Position numbers and translations under genes: made by a program. A DNA stretch of 61,583 nt, filler included. It is 7 parts of 7 records of this genome, joined end to end, with 100 filler letters (N's around TTAATTAATTAA, not from the genome) between each part and the next. Parts side by side here need not be neighbours in the genome. Positions count along the whole stretch, not along the records: positions 27,014 to 32,110 come from SRR31156797_7053; positions 32,211 to 38,907 come from SRR31156797_7055; 5 more parts are not named here. One strand, 5' to 3'. This document shows, in pieces, positions 28,767-38,749 of this stretch. The stretch's first letter is position 1. Each line of letters begins with the position of its first letter. The notes under the pieces are model-generated. The model worked only from the letters and a program-made list of their open reading frames with translations. It made no database searches and was not told the origin of the DNA.

Positions 28767-31091
28767 ATGAAAGCACTTCTTATTAAAACTATTTTATGTG
28801 TGTATACTCTTTTGGCTAGTGCTGGAATATATGCACAAGAAGAAAGTACGGATGATAAAAATAAGTCTCCTTATTTTATTGTACTCTCCAATGATGAAAA
28901 CGCTGCACTTCCCTTAAAATCAACGCAGGTTGATGTTAATATATCCGGCGTTATAGCCGATGTGAATGTAAAACAGGTATACACCAATACAGGAAATAGC
29001 ACTATTGAGGCGATTTATGTTTTTCCATCTTCAACCCGGGCTGCTGTTTATGATATGGTAATGACGGTGAATGACAGAAAGATTAAAGCGGTAATTGAAG
29101 AAAAGGGAAAGGCACGACAAAAATACCAAGATGCTAAAAAGAAAGGGAAAACAGCTTCACTTCTAGAAGAAGAACGTCCCAATGTATTTAAAATGAAGGT
29201 GGCGAATATTATTCCGGGGGCGACTGTTGAGGTGGATATGCGATATACCGAATTATTAGTTCCTACTAACAAAGTATATGAATTCGTGTATCCTACCGTT
29301 GTTGGTCCTCGCTACGTTAGTGGCGCTGAGATGGCAAATGGTTCGGATGAAGATTGGATTGCTAATCCATACATTAAGGGAGAGAATGTTTCCAGTACCA
29401 AGCTGAATATAAAGGTTGATTTGAATGCCGGATTACCGCTGCAGGATTTGGTTTGTTCAAGCCATCAAAACAAAGTGGAATTTAAAGATAAAACCAAAGC
29501 TCAGTTGACCTTGCAAGAACCTGATGGCGGTAATCGCGACTTCATCATGCGTTATCGTTTGGCAGGTAAGCAAATTGAAACAGGTGTGTTGTTATATGAA
29601 GATCCTAATGGCGAGAACTATTTTTTAGCTATGATGCAGCCGCCTGAACAAGTTGAACCTACCTCCATTCCACCACGCGAATATGTTTTTATTGTGGATG
29701 TATCAGGTTCTATGCATGGTTTTCCTTTAGAGGTTTCTAAAACAGTGATGAAAGATGTCCTGAATCAATTGAAAGATTCCGATTTATTTAATATCGTGTT
29801 TTTTGCGGGAGGTTCAGAGGTGTATGCCGAACAATCCGTGCCTGCCACTTCTGAAAATATCGCCAAGGCTATTACATATATGAACGGTCTAAATGGAGGT
29901 GGAGGAACAGAACTTCTTTCGGCTTTACAAAATGCCATGGCACTAAATGGCAATGATGATTATGCTCGTTCTTTTGTGATTCTTACAGATGGATATGTGA
30001 GCGTTGAAAAAGCCACTTTTGATTATATCAGAAACAACTTAGGAAAAGCTAATTTTTTCTCATTTGGGATTGGAAGTAGTGTGAATCGTTACATCATTGA
30101 AGGAATGGCTCATGTGGGATATGGGGAAGCTTTTGTGGCCGAGAATCAACAAACAGCACAACGAGTAGCCAAAGAATTTGTAGAGTATATTTCTAAGCCA
30201 TCCTTAACCAATATTAGTTACCAGTTTAAAGGAATTGAGGTGTATGATGTGTTACCGGAAAAAGTACCTGATTTATTTTCAAACCGACCTGTCATTATAA
30301 GTGGTAAATATAAAGGAGAAGCAAATGGATCCTTGTTGGTAACCGGAAATGCAGGCAATGAAAAAAACGGTTCTGTTATCAAATTTGGAGAAGAAGATGC
30401 TTCATCAAACCAGGCTTTAAAGTATTTGTGGGCCAGGGAAAAAATACGATTACTGGCGGATTATAACGATTTAAGCCGTGATGGAGAGACAAGAAATCAG
30501 ATTGTTTCACTGAGTAAAAAATACAATCTACTTACTGAATTCACTTCGTTTTTGGCTATCGATGATCAGGTGGTGAATCCCGGAGGTCAGCAAAAATCTG
30601 TAAAACAAGTATTGCCTTTACCAAAGGGAGTAAGTCCAAAGGCCGTTACTGGAACTTTGAATATTGTGGAAGATGAAATTGAAATCTCAGAAGAGTTAGA
30701 TTTTGATAGCGAATCATTTGAAGATACAGAGATTGTGATTGAAGTAGAACTTGTTGAGGAGGAAGAAGCCGAAGCTCCGGTATTTTTTACAGTTGAAGAA
30801 ATGGCGGAATATCCCGGAGGACAAGATGCGCTGATCAAATTTATTAGTGCTAACCTGCAATATCCAGCGATAGCTGCTGAAAGCGGAATTCAGGGAATCG
30901 TATATATTTCTTTTACTGTGGATGTAGATGGAAGTATTAAGGATGTTAAAGTGATGCGAGGAGTGGATGAGGAAATAGATAAAGAAGCAGTTAGAATTAT
31001 TAAAGCTATGCCTAAATGGAAACCTGCAAGACAAAGAGGAAAGGCAGTTCCTGTGACTTATATGGTTCCCGTGAAATTTGCCTTGTCATAA
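28767..31091 (+). CDS. Secreted VIT + vWA + TonB C-terminal domain fusion
   Basis: Signal peptide; VIT (LPLKST...IEAIYVFP); vWA with MIDAS DVSGS and LTDG; acidic linker; TonB_C (EYPGG...YPAIA...IQGIVYISFTVDVDG...MPKWKPA...VPVKF). Confidence 0.88.
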   Translation: MKALLIKTILCVYTLLASAGIYAQEESTDDKNKSPYFIVLSNDENAALPLKSTQVDVNISGVIADVNVKQVYTNTGNSTIEAIYVFPSSTRAAVYDMVMTVNDRKIKAVIEEKGKARQKYQDAKKKGKTASLLEEERPNVFKMKVANIIPGATVEVDMRYTELLVPTNKVYEFVYPTVVGPRYVSGAEMANGSDEDWIANPYIKGENVSSTKLNIKVDLNAGLPLQDLVCSSHQNKVEFKDKTKAQLTLQEPDGGNRDFIMRYRLAGKQIETGVLLYEDPNGENYFLAMMQPPEQVEPTSIPPREYVFIVDVSGSMHGFPLEVSKTVMKDVLNQLKDSDLFNIVFFAGGSEVYAEQSVPATSENIAKAITYMNGLNGGGGTELLSALQNAMALNGNDDYARSFVILTDGYVSVEKATFDYIRNNLGKANFFSFGIGSSVNRYIIEGMAHVGYGEAFVAENQQTAQRVAKEFVEYISKPSLTNISYQFKGIEVYDVLPEKVPDLFSNRPVIISGKYKGEANGSLLVTGNAGNEKNGSVIKFGEEDASSNQALKYLWAREKIRLLADYNDLSRDGETRNQIVSLSKKYNLLTEFTSFLAIDDQVVNPGGQQKSVKQVLPLPKGVSPKAVTGTLNIVEDEIEISEELDFDSESFEDTEIVIEVELVEEEEAEAPVFFTVEEMAEYPGGQDALIKFISANLQYPAIAAESGIQGIVYISFTVDVDGSIKDVKVMRGVDEEIDKEAVRIIKAMPKWKPARQRGKAVPVTYMVPVKFALS

Positions 31092-31124
31092 AATCAAATA
31101 TTCAAATCAATAAATCAGATAATT

Positions 31125-31943
31125 ATGAGAAAAATACTAGATGAGTGGAGTGTGTTAGTTTATAGATCATTAGTGCTTATTTTATTCCTTAGTATTACAA
31201 CTTTACTAACAGCTCAAATGAGTAATGGAGATTATCCTTATTGCATAATTGACAGTGTTAAATTTGAATTGAACAAGTTGAATGTAGATGCTTATAATAA
31301 GCCAAACAACTTTGTTTCATCAAAGGAAAGTGGTTATAAATCTAGTATACTTAGGTCTATATTCGATAATGTAAATCAAATAAATATATCAGATTCATTA
31401 ATGTTGAATTTAACTTTAAATAGAAGAAATAAAAAAACGGAATGGCTGATTTCGAGAATGAACGAAATCCATAAAGAGACCAATGAAAGAGCTTATTTAG
31501 CAGGTTATTCTAATAGTTCAGAAGATACCATTTATTTTCCTGTTCAAGACAAAAGCTTGGTTGCTATAATAGAAGCAATTGATGCTGACAATAATTGGAA
31601 TCCCATACAGTTTTGGCCTATAAGTGGTTGTGGAAATAGTTATTTAACTGAATATTTATTGCCAGGGGAAACAATTCTATTTACGGTCAATAATAATTAT
31701 GGAGATGTAAAAACCAAAATGAGGGTTAGGTTACATGGAAATGATACAGTATATGTTTCTAATGAATTTGTCGGTTCAGTAAGTCAACAATGCTTTGATC
31801 GATCTCAAAACTCACCTCAGAATTTTAGGTATATCTTATGTGATACTATCTTTTATTTAGAACAACCACTTTTTAGAAATTTGGATAAAATAATTGAAGA
31901 GGAAATTGAATTAGAATTTGATACTTTAGAAAGTGATGAATAA
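31125..31943 (+). CDS. Hypothetical exported protein
   Basis: N-terminal hydrophobic segment; WNPIQFWPISGCGNSY motif; follows the VIT gene after 33 nt. Confidence 0.65.
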   Translation: MRKILDEWSVLVYRSLVLILFLSITTLLTAQMSNGDYPYCIIDSVKFELNKLNVDAYNKPNNFVSSKESGYKSSILRSIFDNVNQINISDSLMLNLTLNRRNKKTEWLISRMNEIHKETNERAYLAGYSNSSEDTIYFPVQDKSLVAIIEAIDADNNWNPIQFWPISGCGNSYLTEYLLPGETILFTVNNNYGDVKTKMRVRLHGNDTVYVSNEFVGSVSQQCFDRSQNSPQNFRYILCDTIFYLEQPLFRNLDKIIEEEIELEFDTLESDE

Positions 31944-32080
31944 GCAAAAGAAAGCCCAGTGGTAATCCGCTTATCTTTAAGCTTATCTTGAAAAAGTAGA
32001 ATAATATAAAGGATGGCTTTGGGGATTCATTGTTGTCCGGTAAATATTTTTCTATTCTGATATATGCCTTTGTTAATGTT

Positions 32081-32097
32081 CAACTCCGCAGGAGTTG
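32081..32097. repeat. REP-like palindrome at contig end
   Basis: CAACTCC-GCA-GGAGTTG perfect hairpin 13 nt from the assembly break. Confidence 0.4.
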
Positions 32098-32110
32098 TTG
32101 GGTAGGGGCT

Positions 32111-32210
32111 NNNNNNNNNNNNNNNNNNNNNNNNNNNNNNNNNNNNNNNNNNNNTTAATTAATTAANNNNNNNNNNNNNNNNNNNNNNNNNNNNNNNNNN
32201 NNNNNNNNNN
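32111..32210. other. Artificial contig spacer
   Basis: Same linker. Confidence 0.97.
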
Positions 32211-32212
32211 AA

Positions 32213-32953
32213 AGACTCTATCCATATGTTTTTTCCCAGAATAACTCAAGGGCCATAAAATTCCTTGAGCAATTTTTCAAGAAAGGCATGGAAGATATAG
32301 AATCGCCTCTATACTCCCATATGCTGAGGTGGGGAAACACGTCCCATTTACAAACTTTTTTTTCTGAAGATCTCCAACGGGAATCAGCAGGGCTTGATAA
32401 TTTTATAGAGAGGTACCGCGCCTCCCTGCCTGACGATTACATGAAATGGGATCCTTTATCAAGGGCACAATATTGTGAGAGCAAAATTTTTCTATCCAAT
32501 TACCTGCTTAGCTCCCAAGGAGACCGCATGGCCATGGCCAACTCCATTGAAGGGCGCTATCCTTTCCTGGATCACCGCATTATCGAGTTTGCGGCAAGGG
32601 TGCCGCCCAGGTTCAGGATGAACGGAATCACTGAAAAATACTTGCTCAAACGGGCAGCCCAAGGAAAAATTCCGTCGGAATTGATACAAAGACCGAAACA
32701 ACCCTACCGCGCGCCTATTTGCCAAGCGTTTCTGGGAGAGACCGCTCATGACTATGTCCATGAATTGCTGTCTGAAAGGGCAATCAAAAGCACCGGCTAT
32801 TTTGATCACAAAAAGACAGCACGACTGTTAAAAAAATGCCAGAAGCAAAAGGGAAACCTGTTAAGTGAACGAGAAAACATGGCCTTGGTCGGCATCCTGT
32901 CAACTCAGCTTTTGGATTTCCAATTCATCAAGAATTTTCCCCATGGAGAATAA
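32213..32953 (+). CDS. asnB: Asparagine synthase (glutamine-hydrolysing)-like amidotransferase, C-terminal part
   Basis: LLSSQGDRMAMANSIEGRYPFLDH, EKYLLK and RPKQPY; frame is open to the gap. Confidence 0.88.
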   Translation, partial: RLYPYVFSQNNSRAIKFLEQFFKKGMEDIESPLYSHMLRWGNTSHLQTFFSEDLQRESAGLDNFIERYRASLPDDYMKWDPLSRAQYCESKIFLSNYLLSSQGDRMAMANSIEGRYPFLDHRIIEFAARVPPRFRMNGITEKYLLKRAAQGKIPSELIQRPKQPYRAPICQAFLGETAHDYVHELLSERAIKSTGYFDHKKTARLLKKCQKQKGNLLSERENMALVGILSTQLLDFQFIKNFPHGE

Positions 32954-32969
32954 CCCCAGGCATTAAAAC

Positions 32970-34028
32970 GTGATAATATCAAATGGAGGCATTTTGACCA
33001 CAACTCAACTAAACATTCCGGAACGAATCTGCCAGAGATGCATCTTACCCGGAAGCTTTCCTGGCCTCAATTTTGATGACACCGGTGTATGCAACCACTG
33101 CCAGAAACAGGTGCTCTTGGCAAAAAGAATCGATTCTTCAAAAAAAATATCCGAGTACCGCCATCGCCTTGACTCCCTGATACAGAATGTAAAAACAACA
33201 GCGCCGGTCTATGACATCATTGTGGCCTACAGCGGAGGCAAGGACTCATCATATACATTAAAACTATTAAAAGAGCACTATGATCTACGTATCATTGCAT
33301 TAACCTTTGACAACCATTTTGTATCGCCGGCTGCATTTGACAACATCAAAACCATAACAGATAGACTGCAAATAGACTCAATGACGATCAGGCCTCCATG
33401 GTCTACAATAAAAGCCATGTTTCAATTAACGGCTGAAAAAGATATTTTTTCAAAAACAACCCTCCTGCGGGCATCCAGCATCTGTACGGCCTGCATCGGC
33501 CTGGTAAAAAGCATCGTCCTAAAGACCGCCCTTGAAATGGCCATCCCTCTTGTTGGGTTTGGCTGGTCTCCCGGCCAGGCCCCCATTCAATCTGCCATAT
33601 TAAAAACAAACCCGCAATTAATCAAACCCAACCAGAAAGTATTAAAAAAAGCCTTTCCGACAGAGCTAAAAAAAATTTTGAATCAATACTTGATCCCGGA
33701 TATCTACTTCGAAACGTTCAAACAGAATTTTCCCCACAACATCCATCCCCTTGCCATTTTTGATTATGATGAAAATCAAATTAAAAACGATCTGAAAAAG
33801 ATGGGTTGGAAATCTCCCGAAGACACCGACACGAATTCGTCGAACTGCCTTATCAATGCTTATGCGAATCAATGCCATATAAAACGTCATGGATTTCATC
33901 CATATGTATGGGAAATAGCGAACATGGTAAGACAGGGTATCATGACCAGGGAAGAGGGATTATTAAAAATATACACGGACCAGAACAGAGAAATGATAGA
34001 CTACGCAAAGGAGAAACTTGAACGATGA
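32970..34028 (+). CDS. PP-loop ATPase, N-acetyl-sugar amidotransferase-like
   Basis: N-terminal CxxC...CNHC, PP-loop AYSGGKDS, CTAC, SSNC and VRQGIMTREEGL. Confidence 0.78.
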   Translation: MIISNGGILTTTQLNIPERICQRCILPGSFPGLNFDDTGVCNHCQKQVLLAKRIDSSKKISEYRHRLDSLIQNVKTTAPVYDIIVAYSGGKDSSYTLKLLKEHYDLRIIALTFDNHFVSPAAFDNIKTITDRLQIDSMTIRPPWSTIKAMFQLTAEKDIFSKTTLLRASSICTACIGLVKSIVLKTALEMAIPLVGFGWSPGQAPIQSAILKTNPQLIKPNQKVLKKAFPTELKKILNQYLIPDIYFETFKQNFPHNIHPLAIFDYDENQIKNDLKKMGWKSPEDTDTNSSNCLINAYANQCHIKRHGFHPYVWEIANMVRQGIMTREEGLLKIYTDQNREMIDYAKEKLER

Positions 34029-34276
34029 ATGAACTAAAAGAAAAAATCCGGGGTTTTATTGTTGAAAACTTTCTGTTCGGAGAAGATAACGAGTTAGAAG
34101 ACGACAGCTCATTCCTGGAGGAGGGAATCATTGACAGCACAGGAGTGTTAGAACTGATCAAATTTCTTGAAGAGGAGTTCAATATTGAAATTAAGGATGA
34201 GGAAATGATTCCGGAAAATCTGGATTCATTAGATAACATTGAAAACCTTATGACAAAAATAAAAGCCAAGGGATGA
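34025..34276 (+). CDS. Acyl carrier protein
   Basis: 83 aa, acidic, with GIIDSTG phosphopantetheine site. Confidence 0.92.
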   Translation: MNELKEKIRGFIVENFLFGEDNELEDDSSFLEEGIIDSTGVLELIKFLEEEFNIEIKDEEMIPENLDSLDNIENLMTKIKAKG

Positions 34277-34285
34277 GGTATCTCT

Positions 34286-35845
34286 ATGGAAACAAAGCAC
34301 CCTCCCCTGGTTCATCACTTCCTTGAAAGAAGTGCAAAGGAGCATCCGGATAAAACTGCCTTGATCCATGAAAACGTTCGGGCATCCTATGAAAGCATCA
34401 ATTCCCAGGCAAACAGGCTTGCCAGGCTACTATTAAATATCGGGATAAAAAATGGGGACAGGGTTGTGCTGATGATGGACAACAGCCTTGAATATGTAGT
34501 CAGTTATTACGGAATTCTCAAGGCAGGCGCCATAGCAGTTCCCTTCAGCAACGCTCTAAAGCCTGACAGCATAAACCACTTGGTAAAAGAGCTGGAGGCA
34601 GCGGTAATTATTTCCTCATCAAAATTTGAGAAAGTGCTGAATGCAAGCGACCTGATCAAATTCCATCTTCAGGCATTAATTATCAGCAATCCTAAACTTA
34701 ACGGGAACGCATTCACCGTTCCCATACTCTCCTGGCAGGAAGCGCCAAAGGAACTCGAATCAACCAACCTGAATAGATCAATAGCAAATAGCGCCCTGTC
34801 CTGCATCATCTATACCTCGGGCTCCACGGGAAAACCAAAGGGGGTAATGCTCTCCCACAAAAACATCACAGCCAACACGGCGTCCATATGCCAATACCTG
34901 AACCTAACCAATGAAGATATACAAATGGTAGTTCTTCCATTTTTTTATGTCATGGGACAATCGCTCCTCAACACCTTGTTTGCAGTGGGCGGAACCGTTG
35001 TTATTAACAACAAATTCACATTCCCGGCGACGGTCATCAATCAAATGGTAAAAGAAAAAGTGACAATGTTTTCCGGAGTCCCCTCAACATATGCCTACCT
35101 CCTTCACCGCTCCCCCCTGAAGGCCCAAAGAGACAAATTAGTTTCCCTGCGCTGCTGCACCCAGGCAGGAGGACATATGCCAGCCAGTGTCAAAAAACAA
35201 CTGCTTCAGGTGCTGCCTGACCATACGCAAATCTGTATCATGTACGGTGCCACAGAAGCTTCCGCCCGCCTTACATATCTTGAATCAGAGCGACTGGAAA
35301 ACAAAATTGACTCCATTGGCAAGCCCATCCCTGGCGTTAAAATGAAAATTCTTGATAAGACCGGGCTTCCCCTTCCTGCCGGCCAGACAGGAGAGCTTGT
35401 CGCCTCTGGAGACAATATCATGCAAGGCTACTGGAAAGCTCCTGAAGCAACAGCAAAAGCTCTTGATAATCACGGCTATCATACGGGAGATCAGGGATAC
35501 ATGGATGAAGAGGGATATTATTTTGTGCTGGGAAGAAAAGACAATCTTTTAAAAGTTGGCGGTCACCGCATTAATCCCCAGGAGATTGAAGATGCGATCA
35601 TCGCAACAGACCTTGCAATCGAAGCGTTGGTTATAGGGGTAGACAATGATCTTTTAGGCAAAAAACTCGTTGCCCTGGTAACGCCGAAAGACAAAGAAAC
35701 AAATACCTATGGAATTATGGCCCGCTGTGCGGAACTCCTGCCCAAATATAAACTACCCAGCAAGATACAATGTGTAAAAATGTTACCCAAAAATGCAAAC
35801 GACAAAATCGACAAATACGAATGTGTCAAATTAATAGAGACTTAA
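34286..35845 (+). CDS. AMP-dependent acyl-CoA/acyl-ACP ligase
   Basis: YTSGSTGKPKG, MYGATEA, TGD, GRKD and terminal KID. Confidence 0.92.
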   Translation: METKHPPLVHHFLERSAKEHPDKTALIHENVRASYESINSQANRLARLLLNIGIKNGDRVVLMMDNSLEYVVSYYGILKAGAIAVPFSNALKPDSINHLVKELEAAVIISSSKFEKVLNASDLIKFHLQALIISNPKLNGNAFTVPILSWQEAPKELESTNLNRSIANSALSCIIYTSGSTGKPKGVMLSHKNITANTASICQYLNLTNEDIQMVVLPFFYVMGQSLLNTLFAVGGTVVINNKFTFPATVINQMVKEKVTMFSGVPSTYAYLLHRSPLKAQRDKLVSLRCCTQAGGHMPASVKKQLLQVLPDHTQICIMYGATEASARLTYLESERLENKIDSIGKPIPGVKMKILDKTGLPLPAGQTGELVASGDNIMQGYWKAPEATAKALDNHGYHTGDQGYMDEEGYYFVLGRKDNLLKVGGHRINPQEIEDAIIATDLAIEALVIGVDNDLLGKKLVALVTPKDKETNTYGIMARCAELLPKYKLPSKIQCVKMLPKNANDKIDKYECVKLIET

Positions 35846-35875
35846 ACCGAAATAAAATTGTAATTACAATAAATC

Positions 35876-36213
35876 ATTTACTCAGGTCCATATCAACCAC
35901 CACCTCAACCGGTATTTCCGCATGAATGCCCTTGCCTTGGCAATGGCATTCATGCGCCCCCCTGCCTGGACTTTTATCCTCAGTTCATGTAGAAGTTTTA
36001 AGATGTTATGATATAGATCCGCAGCAAAAACTTTGCAGGACTGCCCGTCTACCTCGGGAGCTCCATTCGCCGCCTTCACTTTCCGAAAGGCTTCTGTCAA
36101 ATTCTGCTGATCTATTTGAATGGTGTTCCAAGACTTTCGGATTGATTACCCCTCAGACGGGGCATCTCCGCTTTCTTTCAAACAAACGGGTTTGCCGGCT
36201 TTGCCGGGCAAAC
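35876..36213 (-). mobile_element. Degenerate group II intron (class C-like) with reverse-transcriptase pseudogene fragments
   Basis: RT0-like NLTEAFRKVKAANGAPEVDGQS. After an apparent deletion, AIAKA...RYRLRW continues by frameshift into VVDMDLSK*F. The 5' end GTTTGCCCGGCA directly follows a terminator. Confidence 0.75.
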
Positions 36214-36250
36214 AAAAAGCCGGAGCCTTTTGACAAGGCTACGGCTTTCT
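36214..36250 (-). terminator. Intrinsic terminator of the FN3/Ig gene
   Basis: Minus strand AAAGCCGTAGCCTT-GTCAA-AAGGCTCCGGCTTTTT hairpin plus U-tract. Confidence 0.75.
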
Positions 36251-36305
36251 GTTTTTCTATACTCATAGTCTTATTACGCTTGACTCAAAATTCCGCCACA
36301 GTCTA

Positions 36306-38534
36306 TCAGTAAAAAACGACCGTCAACTCGATAGATTTCTCATTTCCTGCGCTATCAAAGGCGGTTATGGTAATGGTGTTCCACCAACGAACCAAGCCCA
36401 CATCGGATATGCTCCAATTGGTTGTACCCTGAGCAACGCCGCTGCCACCTTTGGAATTACTCCATGTTATCTGCTTTACATCAATATTATCGGATGCTGT
36501 TCCAGCAAAGGTTACACTCCCACTACGCGTAAAATAGTAATTTCCTGTTGTAGGCCGATTCAGCGTTAAAGAAGGAGCCTCCGTATCGACAGGGGTATAG
36601 ACCACGGTGAGGACATCCGTGGACTCATTGCCGGCTGCATCGCGGGCTGTTATGGTTATTACATTGCTGCCTTCAGCAAGACTTATATCCGCGATACTCC
36701 AGGAGTCGGTTCCTGTTGCGGACCCATTACCGCCGGCTGAATTCGACCATAAGACCTGGGCTACCCCCGTGTCATCAGAAGCACCACCACTTATATCAAT
36801 GCTTGAACTGGATGTATCATAAGATGTTCCCGAAGTAGGAGACGCAATGACAACCGAAGGTACTGTTGTGTCCGGTACCGTATAATTCACGGTAAGGACA
36901 TCCGTGGACTCATTGCCGGCTGCGTCACGGACTGTTATGGTTATTACATTGCCGCCTTCAGCAAGACTGATTTCCGATGTGCTCCAGCTGTCTGTTCCCG
37001 TTGCGGACCCACTGCCGCCAGTTGAATTGGACCAGACGACCAGGGTTACCCCCGTATTATCAGAAGCGCCGCCACCGATAACAATAGTTGAACTCAAAGA
37101 ATCAAAAGTCGTATCCGTCGTAGGGGAACTTATGGATACTGAAGGGGCGGTTGTATCAGCGGGTTCTTCCAATGAAACGGCTATTACATTTGAATTGATG
37201 CTGTCTCCTGATGCATTGTATGCTATAACTACAAAATAATACATTGTCCCATAAGATAAAGACAGATCTGTTAGTGGATATTCTGTAACGTTCCCAACAT
37301 TAATTGTTTCAGTATAGTTTTCCTCTGAAGTGCCGTACCGAATCTTATATCCCGACACTTCTCCTGGCACGGCATCCCATTGGATTTTTGTGCCCACCCG
37401 GTAAACAGGTAGTGTAGAAGTTATCGTAATTGAATCGGTTGCTTCATTACCGGCTGCATCCTTAACCGTCACTGTTATTTCATTAACCCCAGAGGTAAGT
37501 TCGATACCAGTTGCACTCCATGCTTCCGTTCCTGTTGCAGTGCCACTCCCACCCATTGAATTGGTCCAGACAATCTCTGCCACACCCGTATTGTCAGATG
37601 CAGATCCACTAAGATCAACGCTTTGAGAGCTTGTTTCATAGAAGGATCCGGATGTTGGTAATTCAATAGAAACCGAAGGAGCTTCCGTATCAAGAAGTTC
37701 ACTGATTGTATGTTGTACAACATTTGAATTCCCACTTTCTCCGGAAGCATTATATGCTGTAACAGCAAAATAATACTTTACCCCCGCAGTCAACGATAAG
37801 TTGCTTAATGAATACTGGGTGACATTGCCTACATCGATTTTTTTTATGCAGTCCCCTTCGGAAGTACCGTAACAAATTCTATACCCTTTGATGTCACCGG
37901 CTACTGCATCCCACTTTAAGATCGGTCCTTCTTCAGCCGGAGGTATCGATTTTGTAACTTCAGGGGAAGAGAAACCGCTCTCATTTGCCGATGTATCGAC
38001 CGCAGTTACCGCGAAGTAGTATAAAACGCCAGTCTCCAGTCCGGAAATCATACATTCAGTTCCGCTCACAGATATCGGAGATCTGTAATCTCTGCTTGCT
38101 ATGCCATAATATACGTTGTAACCCGAAATATCATTTTCACTGTTTGGCATCCATGTCAACTTGATATCCCCATTATATATTTCAGCAAAGACCTCCTGGG
38201 GATATAGGGGAGGTGTTGTATCACCAGCCACGGTTTTAGTATAGGTTATTTCATTTGAATCACCACTTTCTCCAGAGTTATTATACGCCTTAACAACGAA
38301 ATAATATGTTGTTCCCTCATTTAACGGGAAATTGTTTAATGGATACTGAGTTACATTGCCCACATCAAGTTTTTCTGTATAGAACCCTTTTGAAGAACCG
38401 TAACAAATCTTATACCCTGTCACTTCTCCTGTTGGGGGATCCCACTTTATCATGGTTTCAGACGCATATAGTGACGAAGTCATTATCGTCACGACAAACA
38501 AAGCAATAAAAGCAATACTGTTTTTTTGATTCAT
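36306..38534 (-). CDS. Secreted fibronectin type III + Ig-like repeat protein
   Basis: Signal peptide after a GGAGG RBS (start MNQKNS); about 4 FN3 units (WD...GYKI.YG...YYF.V.AYN) and about 4 Ig-like units (DTxAPSVxI...GxASDNxGV...NxITITxxDAAGN); near-identical DNA repeats. Confidence 0.88.
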   Translation of the reverse strand: MNQKNSIAFIALFVVTIMTSSLYASETMIKWDPPTGEVTGYKICYGSSKGFYTEKLDVGNVTQYPLNNFPLNEGTTYYFVVKAYNNSGESGDSNEITYTKTVAGDTTPPLYPQEVFAEIYNGDIKLTWMPNSENDISGYNVYYGIASRDYRSPISVSGTECMISGLETGVLYYFAVTAVDTSANESGFSSPEVTKSIPPAEEGPILKWDAVAGDIKGYRICYGTSEGDCIKKIDVGNVTQYSLSNLSLTAGVKYYFAVTAYNASGESGNSNVVQHTISELLDTEAPSVSIELPTSGSFYETSSQSVDLSGSASDNTGVAEIVWTNSMGGSGTATGTEAWSATGIELTSGVNEITVTVKDAAGNEATDSITITSTLPVYRVGTKIQWDAVPGEVSGYKIRYGTSEENYTETINVGNVTEYPLTDLSLSYGTMYYFVVIAYNASGDSINSNVIAVSLEEPADTTAPSVSISSPTTDTTFDSLSSTIVIGGGASDNTGVTLVVWSNSTGGSGSATGTDSWSTSEISLAEGGNVITITVRDAAGNESTDVLTVNYTVPDTTVPSVVIASPTSGTSYDTSSSSIDISGGASDDTGVAQVLWSNSAGGNGSATGTDSWSIADISLAEGSNVITITARDAAGNESTDVLTVVYTPVDTEAPSLTLNRPTTGNYYFTRSGSVTFAGTASDNIDVKQITWSNSKGGSGVAQGTTNWSISDVGLVRWWNTITITAFDSAGNEKSIELTVVFY

Positions 38535-38749
38535 ACTGCACCTCCGCATCATCGTTTAGCCTTTCATTGTGCTTCCTCAGATAATAAGTATAATATCATG
38601 AGGAAGCACTTCAGCGACTGCCCCACTTTTCTTTTCAATCTTCTGCTGATACGGTTTTTCCCTACGAAAAAAAACTGCATTTCAATCAAACGTACAACGA
38701 AAAAGGCTTTACAATATTTATTTTCAATTAAAGTGATTAATAATTTTAT

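Noticed and set aside
36150-36250. Cyclic di-GMP-I riboswitch suggested by GGCAAA/GCAAAC motifs
   Set aside because: Lies downstream of a gene's stop and lacks the full two-hairpin consensus; better explained as a terminator plus group II intron 5' end.
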